From contig CAKOMH010000001.1 in NCBI GenBank assembly GCA_934096595.1, forward strand, positions 494 through 64,493: DNA of 64,000 bases. Reading direction: 5' to 3'. Shown here piece by piece: positions 21,444 to 30,950 of the stretch; the stretch's first letter is position 1; the number at the start of each line of letters is the position of its first letter. Made by a program: the position numbers and the translations under genes. Origin of the DNA: an uncultured Bacilli bacterium. GTDB lineage: Bacteria; Bacillota_I; Bacilli_A; RF39; UBA660. The notes under the pieces were generated by a model. That model was given only the letters and a program-made list of their open reading frames with translations. It was not told where the DNA came from and searched no databases.

Positions 21444-21832
21444 TAAAATCACTCCTAATAAATATTGATACTAAATTTAACTTTTTATCCATCTTCTTCT
21501 TTGATTATTTAAAATTACTCTCACATTTTCTCTATTTATTGCAAGCCTAATTACTTTAATAAAACAGCTTTAATAAGTAGTTATTAAAAAATTATTTAAC
21601 TATGATAAAACTAAACTTATACCAATCTCTTTTCTTATATTAGCAATCAAATATTACCATAAAAGACCCTTTCTTTTCAAGATTTATTCCATCATTTTCT
21701 AAACTTTATAAGATTAATTTGTTAAGAATAATTTGCCTCATAATACAATACCTTATATCTTTTAATTTTGCTAAAAAAACAAATAGAAATAAAAACATTT
21801 AATAAAATAGAATGAAAAAAATAGAAAAAATG

Positions 21833-21877
21833 GAAAGAATAGAAAGAATAGAAAGAATAGAAAGAATAGAAAGAATA
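21833..21877. repeat. Tandem 9-bp repeat (GAAAGAATA) x5, inside a longer purine-rich tract (about 21800-21880).
   Basis: Five exact head-to-tail copies. Confidence 0.8.
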
Positions 21878-21940
21878 AAATTAAAAGTTAGTAAAACTCA
21901 AAATAAAAAAGACAAAACTAAAAAGCCCTAAATAACAAGC

Positions 21941-21986
21941 GTCATGTCTTTTAAATAAACTACAAATGTCATATCTTTTAAATAAA
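21941..21986. repeat. Two direct 19-bp repeats, GTCAT[G/A]TCTTTTAAATAAA, spaced 27 bp apart, between the spo0A-like stop and the gpmI upstream region.
   Basis: Direct sequence reading. Possibly operator-like (ATGTC...ATGTC). Confidence 0.5.
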
Positions 21987-22012
21987 TAGATTTTATATAC
22001 CTTCCTTAATCG

Positions 22013-22780
22013 CTAATTATTACCGCCTTTAAACTCTAAACAAAGCTTGTCAGCAATTGTCGCTAAAAATTCTGAATTAGTAGGTTTAGCTCTATCAAAA
22101 TCAACTGAATGTCCAAATATTTCTTCCATTAAATCATAATCGCCCCGAGTCCAACTAACCTCGATTGCGTGTCTAATAGCGCGTTCTACCCTTGAAGGCG
22201 TTGTATTATATTTATCAGCAATAAAAGGATAAACTTCTTTGGTTATACCACCTAAAACATTGGGATTATTATACATTAACTCAATCGAATCTCTAATATA
22301 TTGATATCCCTTAATATGACTAGGCATCCCAAGATCATGTAGTAATCGTGAAATTTCTTTAGTCATTTCTTGAATAGGTTTATTTTCTTCTAAAGCATCT
22401 TTTGCCTTTAATTTACCAACATCAAGAATTCTATCTTCTAATAAATTTAAATCTGTTCCTTTATAAAGAATAAACAAAATTCTATAATCTCCTAATAATT
22501 TAAGTAAATCCAAATTAGTATTATGAGTATATAAAATTACCCGTTTATTAATATTTTCGTTTTTTAAATATTTTAAAATGCCAACCCCATCAAAAGAAGG
22601 TAAAACTAAGGATAACACAATACAATCAATTTCATCTAAATGTTTTTTAATTGCTTCTAATCCTTCTAAACCATCACTGTATTTATATTTTATATTAACC
22701 TGCGTACTACTCTTTGAATCCAAAAACTCCGTAAATTCCTTAATACTAGATACTTCATCTATCATAAGTACATTTATCAT
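22013..22780 (-). CDS. Spo0A-family transcription factor with a divergent, apparently phosphorylation-incompetent receiver domain. The C-terminal Spo0A_C DNA-binding domain is intact.
   Basis: The C-terminus PSHIKGYQYIRDSIELMYNNPNVLGGITKEVYPFIADKYNTTPSRVERAIRHAIEVSWTRGDYD...AKPTNSEFLATIADKLCLEFK aligns nearly motif-for-motif with the B. subtilis Spo0A effector domain. The N-terminus has a receiver-like hydrophobic pattern, but the phospho-acceptor position reads …DCIVLSLVLP… (Ser where the Asp is expected) and the acidic pair reads D-E. ATG at 22780 with an AAGGGAG RBS. Confidence 0.8.
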   Translation of the reverse strand: MINVLMIDEVSSIKEFTEFLDSKSSTQVNIKYKYSDGLEGLEAIKKHLDEIDCIVLSLVLPSFDGVGILKYLKNENINKRVILYTHNTNLDLLKLLGDYRILFILYKGTDLNLLEDRILDVGKLKAKDALEENKPIQEMTKEISRLLHDLGMPSHIKGYQYIRDSIELMYNNPNVLGGITKEVYPFIADKYNTTPSRVERAIRHAIEVSWTRGDYDLMEEIFGHSVDFDRAKPTNSEFLATIADKLCLEFKGGNN

Positions 22781-22850
22781 ATTTTCTCCCTTTTTTCGTA
22801 CTACATATATTCATTATAAATATTTTCTTTACAAAATTCCACACTATTTT

Positions 22851-22868
22851 TTGACAACATTTGTCGAA
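22851..22868. promoter_or_regulatory. Inverted-repeat element TTGACAACATTTGTCGAA containing a perfect Spo0A-box heptamer TGTCGAA (22862-22868). It lies about 70-90 bp upstream of the spo0A-like start.
   Basis: The 0A box consensus is TGNCGAA. GACAA and TTGTC form inverted arms. Confidence 0.45.
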
Positions 22869-23032
22869 TAAAAGTAACTTTCTTATTTATAACTTAAACT
22901 CACATTTTATAACTTCAATAAAAATAATTTATTTTTTATTTAGTATCCTTTATTTCAACTCCCACCTTTTATTTCAATCTCCATCGATTTACTTATAATC
23001 ATTTTTACAAATAGCTCTAACTTTAAAAAATT

Positions 23033-24232
23033 TTATAAAACTTCTTCTTTATCGGCAATAGCATTAATTGCTGGCAAGTTCTCATTTATAATATACTCCA
23101 ATGTCGCCCCACCACCAGTTGAAATGTAGGTAAACTTATCTTTCATATTAAATTTATCGATTGCCCCAATACAGTCGCCACCTCCGGCAATAGTCTTAGC
23201 CATACTTGATGTAACGATATTTAGTAATTCTAAGGTTCCATTACTATATTTGGGTTCTTCATAAATACCAGCCGTTCCATTCATAAAAATAGTCTTTGAT
23301 TCATCAATTATTTTTTTATAAATCTTCAAAGTCTTTGGACCTATATCTCCAATTATTTCATCATTTTCAATTTTATTGATATCTTTACTAACAACAAATG
23401 TTTCATCATATTTTTTTCCCACGATAGCATCAAATGGTAAAACAATTTTTTTATTATATTCTCGTAAAATATCTTTAACTTTTATAAGTGTTTCTGAATC
23501 AAGAGTAGCAAGTGATTCGCCCGTTTTAAGTCCTAAAGATTTAAGACAGCTATTAGCAAGACCTCCCGTAAGTAACATATGACTACATTTTGGTAATAAT
23601 TTTTCTATCAAAGGTAGTTTATCGGCAATTTTAGCGCCCCCCATAATTATGGTAAATGGCATTTCAGGATTTAAAACATATTTATTTAGCATATCCATTT
23701 CTTTTTGAACACAAAATCCCAAGCAACTAGGAATAAATTTAGCAATACCACTAGTCGAGGCATGCATACGATGACTACTAGCAAAAGCATCTAACACAAA
23801 AATATCACCTAAAGAAGCAAAATAGGCTGCTAACTGGGGATCATTATTACTTTCAAAACCGTTTGGTACATCTTCAAAGCGGGTATTTTCAACTAACAAT
23901 ATTTCTTTTAGTTGTAACTCCATAGCTTTAATTTCCAAAAAGCTACTCCTTGTCTCTGGCGAAAAAATAACATTACTACTAACTAATTCATTTAATCTTT
24001 CAGCTACAATTCGCAAACTGTACTTTTTCTTATCTTCTTCGGTCTTCACCTTACCAAAATGAGATAATAAAATAATTTTACAATTTTTATCAATTAAATA
24101 ATTAATCGTTTCTAAAGAAGCTTTTATCTTCGTATCGTCTAAAATTTTCCCATCCTTTACTGGAACATTAAAATCACAACGCACAATAACTCTTTTATTT
24201 AAAACATCCATCTCTTGTAACAAACACTTCAT
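23033..24232 (-). CDS. pgk: Phosphoglycerate kinase
   Basis: PGK family throughout (N-terminal RxDFNVP, C-terminal GGGA...). ATG at 24232 with a GGAAGGAAG RBS. Confidence 0.95.
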   Translation of the reverse strand: MKCLLQEMDVLNKRVIVRCDFNVPVKDGKILDDTKIKASLETINYLIDKNCKIILLSHFGKVKTEEDKKKYSLRIVAERLNELVSSNVIFSPETRSSFLEIKAMELQLKEILLVENTRFEDVPNGFESNNDPQLAAYFASLGDIFVLDAFASSHRMHASTSGIAKFIPSCLGFCVQKEMDMLNKYVLNPEMPFTIIMGGAKIADKLPLIEKLLPKCSHMLLTGGLANSCLKSLGLKTGESLATLDSETLIKVKDILREYNKKIVLPFDAIVGKKYDETFVVSKDINKIENDEIIGDIGPKTLKIYKKIIDESKTIFMNGTAGIYEEPKYSNGTLELLNIVTSSMAKTIAGGGDCIGAIDKFNMKDKFTYISTGGGATLEYIINENLPAINAIADKEEVL

Positions 24233-24235
24233 ATG

Positions 24236-24766
24236 CTACTTCCTTCCTTTTATATAATTAACTGGTAACTCTGAAATAACTCTTTCAACCGCTAAGCACT
24301 TTGTTCCCTCTTCTTTTTCAATATTATTATAAGCTCCTAAATCAGCTTTATCAAAAAATATAGCACCATCTATTAACATTGGTTTATAAGGTTTTCCATT
24401 TTCAGCACTTTGTTGCCCCAAAAGTAAATCATTGTATACTTTTTTTAAATTTTCAATAACAGAATTGCTTAATCCAACCTCATCATAATAAATAGCCAAA
24501 GAAATTGTATCATTAGTTAAAGGATTAGGTAACACTTGAACAACTATTCCTTTGACCGATTTAGCAACCAAAATACCTAGTTGCATAACATTATTTTCGT
24601 TAGATGATATTATCGAATAACCATCATTTTTTAATCTTTTGGCTATTATTTTTAGCATTTCCAAATGCGGTGAACTGGCCTTATTAATTTCCTCTGAACA
24701 ATCTTCATAATAGACCTTATTATCCGTTATCACAATCATTCGTGCATTATTTCTGTCATAATTCAT
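24236..24766 (-). CDS. Hypothetical 176-aa protein inserted between gap and pgk. It is not TpiA.
   Basis: ORF track. No TIM-barrel motifs and no recognisable family. Confidence 0.5.
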   Translation of the reverse strand: MNYDRNNARMIVITDNKVYYEDCSEEINKASSPHLEMLKIIAKRLKNDGYSIISSNENNVMQLGILVAKSVKGIVVQVLPNPLTNDTISLAIYYDEVGLSNSVIENLKKVYNDLLLGQQSAENGKPYKPMLIDGAIFFDKADLGAYNNIEKEEGTKCLAVERVISELPVNYIKGRK

Positions 24767-25005
24767 AAATTTAATTAGCTTAACCTTTCTAATAGTTAAT
24801 TTTCTATTATTAATTACTTTTTTATTATATCAAATTTCTTTTAAAAAAACTGTAAAAAAAATGTAATTTTCAAAAATGAAAAAAGAAGTGCAACAATAAT
24901 GGCCTTTACAACCTTATTATTGCCCCTCTTTAATTACTAGCCAACAAAAAAATTTTTAATAGTAATTTCTTTAAGCTCAAGTTTAATTAAAACACATTTC
25001 ATGCT

Positions 25006-25033
25006 TACCATCTATATTTCTTTATAGATGGTA
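25006..25033 (-). terminator. Stem-loop (TACCATCTA / TAGATGGTA, 9 bp) immediately downstream of the gap stop. It may be a partial terminator or a processing element between gap and orf176.
   Basis: Inverted repeat 25006-25014 / 25025-25033. The downstream T-run on the minus strand is weak. Confidence 0.35.
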
Positions 25034-25045
25034 TTTATATAAATT

Positions 25046-26059
25046 CTATTTGCCTAAACTTAAAAAATATCTTAAAGTAGAAATCATTTGATGAGTATAA
25101 CCCATCTCATTATCATACCATGCAATCACTTTGCCCAAACAAGTGTCCCCAATATTTATTACATCAGTAGAAAGTAAATCGACAATCGCTCCACATTTTT
25201 TGCCAATACAATCGCTTGAAACCACTGGATCATTAGTAACTTTTAAAGTTTCATTTTGATTACTAATAAATAAGTTATTAAGTTCTTCTTTAGTTACCGT
25301 CTTTTTTAGTTCTAAAGTTAAATCTATCATTGAACCATCTGATACAGGAACTCTAAAAGCTTTACCAACAATCTTACCATCTAATGAAGGTATAACCTTT
25401 CCAATCGCACTAGCAGCACCAGTAGAAGCTGGCACTATATTTTGAGCACACGCTCTACCTCGACGCGCATAAATTCCCTTATTATGAGTAATATCTAAGG
25501 TTGCTTGATCATTGGTATAAGCATGAACAGTACTCATTGCCCCACCAATAATTCCAATATTCTTTTCAATAACATCAACAACGGGAGCCATGCAGTTAGT
25601 TGTACATGACGCTGCAGAAATTATTTTCTCACTACCATCTAAAGTCAAATGATTAACATTATAAACAATCGTTTTCATATCGCCTTTACCAGGGGCAGAA
25701 ATCACTACTTTTTTAGCACCTGCTTCAATATGTTTATAGGCATCTTCATATTTTGTAAAATGACCACTACACTCTAAAACTGCATCTATTGCTAATTCCT
25801 TCCAAGGTAAGTTAACGGGATCTTTCTCGCTATAAACTTTTACTTTTTTTACTCCCGCAATAACAAGACAATCACCATCAAAGCCAATCTGACTTTCATG
25901 AAAACTGCGGTGATTAGTATCATACTTTAAAAGATAAGCTAACTCCTCAGCAGTAGCCAAATCATTAATAGCTACGACATCTAAATCCTTACTTGTAATC
26001 ATTTCCCTAAACGCTAAGCGTCCAATTCTTCCAAAACCATTAATTGCTATTCTTTTCAT
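25046..26059 (-). CDS. gap: Glyceraldehyde-3-phosphate dehydrogenase
   Basis: GAPDH family (NGFGRIGR, catalytic SCTTNC). Confidence 0.95.
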   Translation of the reverse strand: MKRIAINGFGRIGRLAFREMITSKDLDVVAINDLATAEELAYLLKYDTNHRSFHESQIGFDGDCLVIAGVKKVKVYSEKDPVNLPWKELAIDAVLECSGHFTKYEDAYKHIEAGAKKVVISAPGKGDMKTIVYNVNHLTLDGSEKIISAASCTTNCMAPVVDVIEKNIGIIGGAMSTVHAYTNDQATLDITHNKGIYARRGRACAQNIVPASTGAASAIGKVIPSLDGKIVGKAFRVPVSDGSMIDLTLELKKTVTKEELNNLFISNQNETLKVTNDPVVSSDCIGKKCGAIVDLLSTDVINIGDTCLGKVIAWYDNEMGYTHQMISTLRYFLSLGK

Positions 26060-26158
26060 TTTTTATTTTCTTCCTTTTTTCCTTATTTGCTTTATTTGCT
26101 TTATTTTTTATTTTTATAATCCGCATTTTTAGGTAAAATATCCTTGCCAAAGCCTAAT

Positions 26159-26197
26159 ATTTATTGTATCCTACTATATACATAAGATACAATAAAT
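26159..26197. promoter_or_regulatory. Perfect 12-bp inverted repeat ATTTATTGTATC-N15-GATACAATAAAT about 100-140 bp upstream of gap. It is a candidate operator or RNA stem.
   Basis: Arms at 26159-26170 and 26186-26197 are exact reverse complements. Confidence 0.45.
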
Positions 26198-26385
26198 CAT
26201 AGGAATTTTTTCCTTATTATATATAGGACATTTACAATCATATCCCAAAACATTATATCTTACTATTTACGGCATTTAAATTTTTTTCTTTATTCAAAAT
26301 CTTTTAAACCATTTTACTTAAATACTGCATCCCTTTTCCATCTTACTTTTTAACTAATCAAGTCCTAAAACAATTATAAAGACTT

Positions 26386-28044
26386 TCAACTTTCAAAACA
26401 TGAACCACCAATAAATTCCCGAAGCACACAATCATCTGCAATATACTCACTAGAGATTGGATAGTAGTTTTTCAAGAAATTGATAAGTCTTCTTGCCTCT
26501 TCATAATACACCGAATCGGTACCAACCGAGTAAAGAAGTGGCTCTGCAAAAACCTTCAAAACGCCTAGCTCATATACTAACGATGTATTAATAATAACAT
26601 CACTAGTATTAATATAAGGGAAAATGTACTTTTCCTCACCACTGCGAACATCTTGCCATGAACAAATAGTTTTACTAACATCATTTCCTCTTGTTCTGTT
26701 ATCTCTTATCATTCGTCTTATCAAACGCAAATCAGTCGTACTTATATAATTGTTACTATCTAAGTTAAGCGGCATAAAAGGACTTAAATATATTTTGTAC
26801 TTAATATCATTATTTATGTATGGTGTTAGTTCATCATTTAAACAATGCAAACCTTCCATTAAAATAATATAGTTATTATCAATCTTTGTCTTTCCCTTAA
26901 CAAATTCTCTAACTCCTGACACAAAATTATAAGTAGGAAGAGAAACTTCTTTGCCAACCAATAAATCATTAATATCCTTGTTTAAACTTTCAACATCTAT
27001 AGAAGCAATACTTTCAAAGTCATACTTACCATCAGGAAGCTTTGGCGTATCAACCCGATTTTTGAAATAGTCATCAACACTAATAGTTAAAGTTTTAATT
27101 CCCCTTGCCTGTAAATCCAAAGACAGCTTTTTACATGTCGTTGTTTTACCACTACTAGAAGGACCAGCAATCATAACAAACTTACTATTTCTTTCTAATA
27201 TCTTCGTAGCAACTTCATGAATTTTATTATCATAATTAATTTCACTTAAACGAATTAAATCTTTAATTTTACCACTAGCTACCACTTTATTAACCTGATA
27301 AACATAAGGAATATCTAGGCTTTTCAGCCAATTTTTTTCGTTTTTAAAACATTCAATAACCTTTTCATAATGGACATAAGATGGAACTTCATTCTTACTT
27401 CTTGGTGTTGGAAATAGTAAGACTACTTCTGAATCATTTAAAGCTACTAAATCAAACCTGCTCAAACAACCTGTACTATAAGGCATTTCTACATAGAAAT
27501 AATCAAAATAATTTTCTAATTTATACAGCGTTACTAAAGCATCATCAATATTTGAAACATTATAACAATTAGGAATTTTATTTTCTTTTTTATAAAATTC
27601 AACCATTTCTTTACTAAGAACATTCATCTTTAATATTCTTAAATCATCACTAATTATCTTAGTCATTCGTTCTTTAATTCTAATAATCTCTTTATTAGTA
27701 ATCTGCAAACCATTAATTGTTATGTGCATACCACGCATAATCGAATGGTCAAAACTTACCCCAATTTCTTTACCAAAAATATCGTAAACAGCGGCTAAAA
27801 AAACAAACTTTAAACCTGCTTGATACATTTTATAACCAGCTAAATCGTTGCTATCAATAAAATTAATAACAGTATCTCTCTTTAATTTCGTATCCATGCT
27901 TACAATAGCATTATCTATTTTCGAACCAACCACTCTTGTTTTTATTTGCGGGGGCAGTAATTTTACGATATCAATTATCTTTGTATTTTTATCAACTTCC
28001 AACTCTTTACCATTATTGTAAACAATTTTAATCTTATCACTCAT
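26386..28044 (-). CDS. Uridine kinase-family P-loop kinase fused to an N-terminal TGS (ThrRS/GTPase/SpoT-like) domain
   Basis: The N-terminus has a TGS-like beta-grasp pattern (KIKIVYNNGKELEVDKNTKIIDIVKLL). The centre has a Walker A GPSSSGKTT and a uridine/cytidine kinase-like core. Confidence 0.75.
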   Translation of the reverse strand: MSDKIKIVYNNGKELEVDKNTKIIDIVKLLPPQIKTRVVGSKIDNAIVSMDTKLKRDTVINFIDSNDLAGYKMYQAGLKFVFLAAVYDIFGKEIGVSFDHSIMRGMHITINGLQITNKEIIRIKERMTKIISDDLRILKMNVLSKEMVEFYKKENKIPNCYNVSNIDDALVTLYKLENYFDYFYVEMPYSTGCLSRFDLVALNDSEVVLLFPTPRSKNEVPSYVHYEKVIECFKNEKNWLKSLDIPYVYQVNKVVASGKIKDLIRLSEINYDNKIHEVATKILERNSKFVMIAGPSSSGKTTTCKKLSLDLQARGIKTLTISVDDYFKNRVDTPKLPDGKYDFESIASIDVESLNKDINDLLVGKEVSLPTYNFVSGVREFVKGKTKIDNNYIILMEGLHCLNDELTPYINNDIKYKIYLSPFMPLNLDSNNYISTTDLRLIRRMIRDNRTRGNDVSKTICSWQDVRSGEEKYIFPYINTSDVIINTSLVYELGVLKVFAEPLLYSVGTDSVYYEEARRLINFLKNYYPISSEYIADDCVLREFIGGSCFES

Positions 28045-28310
28045 AAATAACCTTCTATTCTTTCTTAAATTATATCAAAAATATTTTTAAAAGTCTTTTA
28101 AATTTTATTTCTTTTATATATCTTTAGAACTTAAAATGCCATAGTTAAATAAATTTTATACCTATAAGTCCCTTGTATCCCAACTAAATAACTAAAAAAG
28201 CGTAACAATCAATCACATTTAGTAATCAATTATTACGCAATACAGTCAACATAAATTATTAAGTTTATCTAAAGCATTTTTGAAAATTCTTATCTTTTTA
28301 TTAATAGATA

Positions 28311-29708
28311 CTAATCAAAGTTCCAAAACGACCAAGAGCCTAAAATATTATCCCAAAAATCTTGTACCTTAGAACTAACATTATCTTTTTTCGCCTGCGA
28401 CATTTCACTATAAGAACGAGTCTTACTAACATCTAAAGAATCAATAGTAATTTTATTAGAAGTATTGTAATCAACATTAGTACTTATATTAGTCTTATAA
28501 ATAAAAGTATCTAAAGAAACATTGATATTTAACAATCCCTTTATTCTATCTTGACTACTTTTATCTAACTTATTATTAGCATTAACATTAAAAGTCATTC
28601 CTAAACGAGTAAATTTACTGCTAAAAGTCAAAGCATCATCAGCATTATAATAATTAAAACTAGTTAACAATTTATTTTTAGCATAAATCGCCCCATTTAT
28701 TTTGCCGACATCATCTTTAGTAGTTTCTAACTTATAACCAGTTTTTGGTAAACTTAAACTCATTTTTTTAGAACTGGCCATATAACTAAAATGAACAACG
28801 CTACTATTATTACCTATTTCAATCATAGCAAATTTATTTAAAAGACCAGAAGTATAAATATTTATCTCTAAACTTTCTTGCATATCATTTATAGCGTTTG
28901 CAATGGTTTTATCGATATCTATCTCCGAATTAACATCATCAATAAAATTATAAACAATTTTTTTCAAATAATATTTAGCGGAATCATTCAATTTACTATA
29001 AATACTACTTAATGTATCTTTATCTAATTTTAAAGTATATTTTTTAAAATTAACATTCTCCTCATTAAATGTTCCTTTGTTACGATAAGTATTATTATTA
29101 TTAACACTATCTAAAACGGCATTCTTTAAACCCTCAATAGCCTTATCTATCGAAACATCTTTAGAACTAATCCCTAAATTATCTTTTTTAAATAATTGAA
29201 AATTAGTTAACTTGCAAGTAAAATCATTTTTATCAGTACAATTGGAAACATCATAAACATTATCTAAAAGACTCGAACTTGCAATATAGGTTTTATCCCC
29301 ATCATAAAATACAGTGCCATCAATAATATTCTGATTGTTTTCTAAAACCCTACCCGATAGTTGCAATTTTTCATTATCAAAATCAGCAAAACCATTTATA
29401 CTAAAAGAATCTTTATTTAAAGTATTACTTAATAAATCACCTTTCAATTTAATATTGGCCTCAAATTGCATTTTTCTATCCAAATTCTCAACATTATCAA
29501 TTTTTTTAAAAGTTTTAATAATACTTTGCTTAATAACATACTTTGGATTATTCATTAGAATTAAAAAACTAGCACTTAAAATACCCAGCATTATTAACGA
29601 AAAAATACATATTTTAAACCACTTACTAGACTGAATTTTCTTACCTAAATTAAAATTTTTATCTCCATTTTTATAAAACAAATTATTCTTTAAATCACTA
29701 TTATTCAT
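28311..29708 (-). CDS. Hypothetical type-II membrane protein: a short cytoplasmic N-terminus, one TM, and a large Asn/Lys-rich extracytoplasmic domain.
   Basis: ORF track. TM segment FKICIFSLIMLGILSASFLILM. Confidence 0.55.
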   Translation of the reverse strand: MNNSDLKNNLFYKNGDKNFNLGKKIQSSKWFKICIFSLIMLGILSASFLILMNNPKYVIKQSIIKTFKKIDNVENLDRKMQFEANIKLKGDLLSNTLNKDSFSINGFADFDNEKLQLSGRVLENNQNIIDGTVFYDGDKTYIASSSLLDNVYDVSNCTDKNDFTCKLTNFQLFKKDNLGISSKDVSIDKAIEGLKNAVLDSVNNNNTYRNKGTFNEENVNFKKYTLKLDKDTLSSIYSKLNDSAKYYLKKIVYNFIDDVNSEIDIDKTIANAINDMQESLEINIYTSGLLNKFAMIEIGNNSSVVHFSYMASSKKMSLSLPKTGYKLETTKDDVGKINGAIYAKNKLLTSFNYYNADDALTFSSKFTRLGMTFNVNANNKLDKSSQDRIKGLLNINVSLDTFIYKTNISTNVDYNTSNKITIDSLDVSKTRSYSEMSQAKKDNVSSKVQDFWDNILGSWSFWNFD

Positions 29709-29882
29709 TACAACTCCTCTATTCTTTTATTATTACCATCATTATTCATATAATACAACTAGAATATTCTGGACAATTAAATTTTTCTAACGCCAATATC
29801 AAAATAAAAACATATGTTTAAATATCTGTATCATACTTTCAAACATTTTTTTCTAGATAAAATTACCATCGTTAAATATTAA

Positions 29883-30812
29883 TTAATCATTCTTATTTTT
29901 ATGCCTATTTACCAATTCTTTTATTTTTCTAAAATAATGATTAATTCCCGACTTACTAATAGACTTTCCACTTTCAGTTGACACAATCTCAGCAAGTTCT
30001 TGATAAGATGTCTCGGGATATTTCAAACGATACTCAATAACTTCCTGAATTCGCTCATCTAAAAGACCAATTAAATCATGCTTTTTTAAATATTCTATAT
30101 CTTCTAACTGTTTAAGCCCCGTTATAGTAGTTTTTTCTTGATTAGCAATTTCACAATTATTAAGACGATTAACCATATTTTTATGATCTCTATAGATTCT
30201 TATATCCTCAAAGAAAAACATACTATTTATTGCTCCAAACATTTTTAAAGTATCACTAATCATTTCGGCTTGCTTTACATAAACCATATATCTAGTTTTT
30301 CGTTTTAGAATTTTTGATACCACATTAAACTCTTTTAACAAATGAACAATTAAGTTTGCTTCTTCTCTTGAGGCAACACTCATTTCCATATGATAGCCGC
30401 TTGTTTGAGGATTACTTACACTACCAGTGGCTAAAAAAAGACCACGCAAGAAAGCAATTTTTTCTTCCTTTGTCGCTAGCATATAAGCATTAGGCATAAC
30501 TTTAATACCATTTTCAAATATATTTAACTTTTCTAAAACAGCATTTATATTATTATTATAAGTTAAGATATAAATCTGTTTAACCCGAAAGCGATTTTGA
30601 ATTCTAACTGTCATCTTAGGTCGTACTTGGAAGCACATCTTCATTAAAGAGTATATTCTTCTAGCAACCGAAGCATTTTCCATCGTCAGGACTATTTCGT
30701 CATTTTTGATATCACCGTCAAACCGAATAAAAGCCGAAAGTTCTGCAATAGCTTCCACAATATCCGTATCTAAATGAGCAATTTCATCTTTTATCCTTGT
30801 TGTATAAGTCAT
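29883..30812 (-). CDS. whiA: Sporulation/cell-division transcription regulator WhiA (DUF199)
   Basis: WhiA-like N-terminus (TTRIKDEIAHL...ELSAFIRFDG), a LAGLIDADG-derived core and a C-terminal HTH. The start was set to the ATG at 30812 (MTYTT) with an AAAGGTGA RBS; the track M is a GTG within the RBS. Confidence 0.85.
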   Translation of the reverse strand: MTYTTRIKDEIAHLDTDIVEAIAELSAFIRFDGDIKNDEIVLTMENASVARRIYSLMKMCFQVRPKMTVRIQNRFRVKQIYILTYNNNINAVLEKLNIFENGIKVMPNAYMLATKEEKIAFLRGLFLATGSVSNPQTSGYHMEMSVASREEANLIVHLLKEFNVVSKILKRKTRYMVYVKQAEMISDTLKMFGAINSMFFFEDIRIYRDHKNMVNRLNNCEIANQEKTTITGLKQLEDIEYLKKHDLIGLLDERIQEVIEYRLKYPETSYQELAEIVSTESGKSISKSGINHYFRKIKELVNRHKNKND

Positions 30813-30860
30813 AAATATCACCTTTCTTTTCTTAGTATCCTTTATTATATTTTCTTTTTT

Positions 30861-30902
30861 TATTTATCTTTTTTTATTTATCTTTTTTTATTTATCCTCT
30901 TT
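30861..30902. repeat. Tandem 14-bp repeat TATTTATCTTTTTT x about 2.8, in the 570-bp whiA upstream region.
   Basis: Direct reading. Confidence 0.7.
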
Positions 30903-30950
30903 TATTATTTTAGTTTTAGTAATTTTTTTAAATTAACCACTTTTTTATAA

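Noticed and set aside
21800-21900. Tandem repeats at 21833-21877, 30861-30902 and 19631-19656 as CRISPR arrays
   Set aside because: The units are only 9-14 bp, are directly abutting without unique spacers, and no cas genes are present.
24236-24766. The 176-aa ORF between gap and pgk as a candidate tpiA or cggR
   Set aside because: It is too short and lacks the TIM-barrel signature (no AYEPVWAIGTG-like motif). It is also too short and lacks the SorC/DeoR features needed for CggR. It is left as hypothetical.
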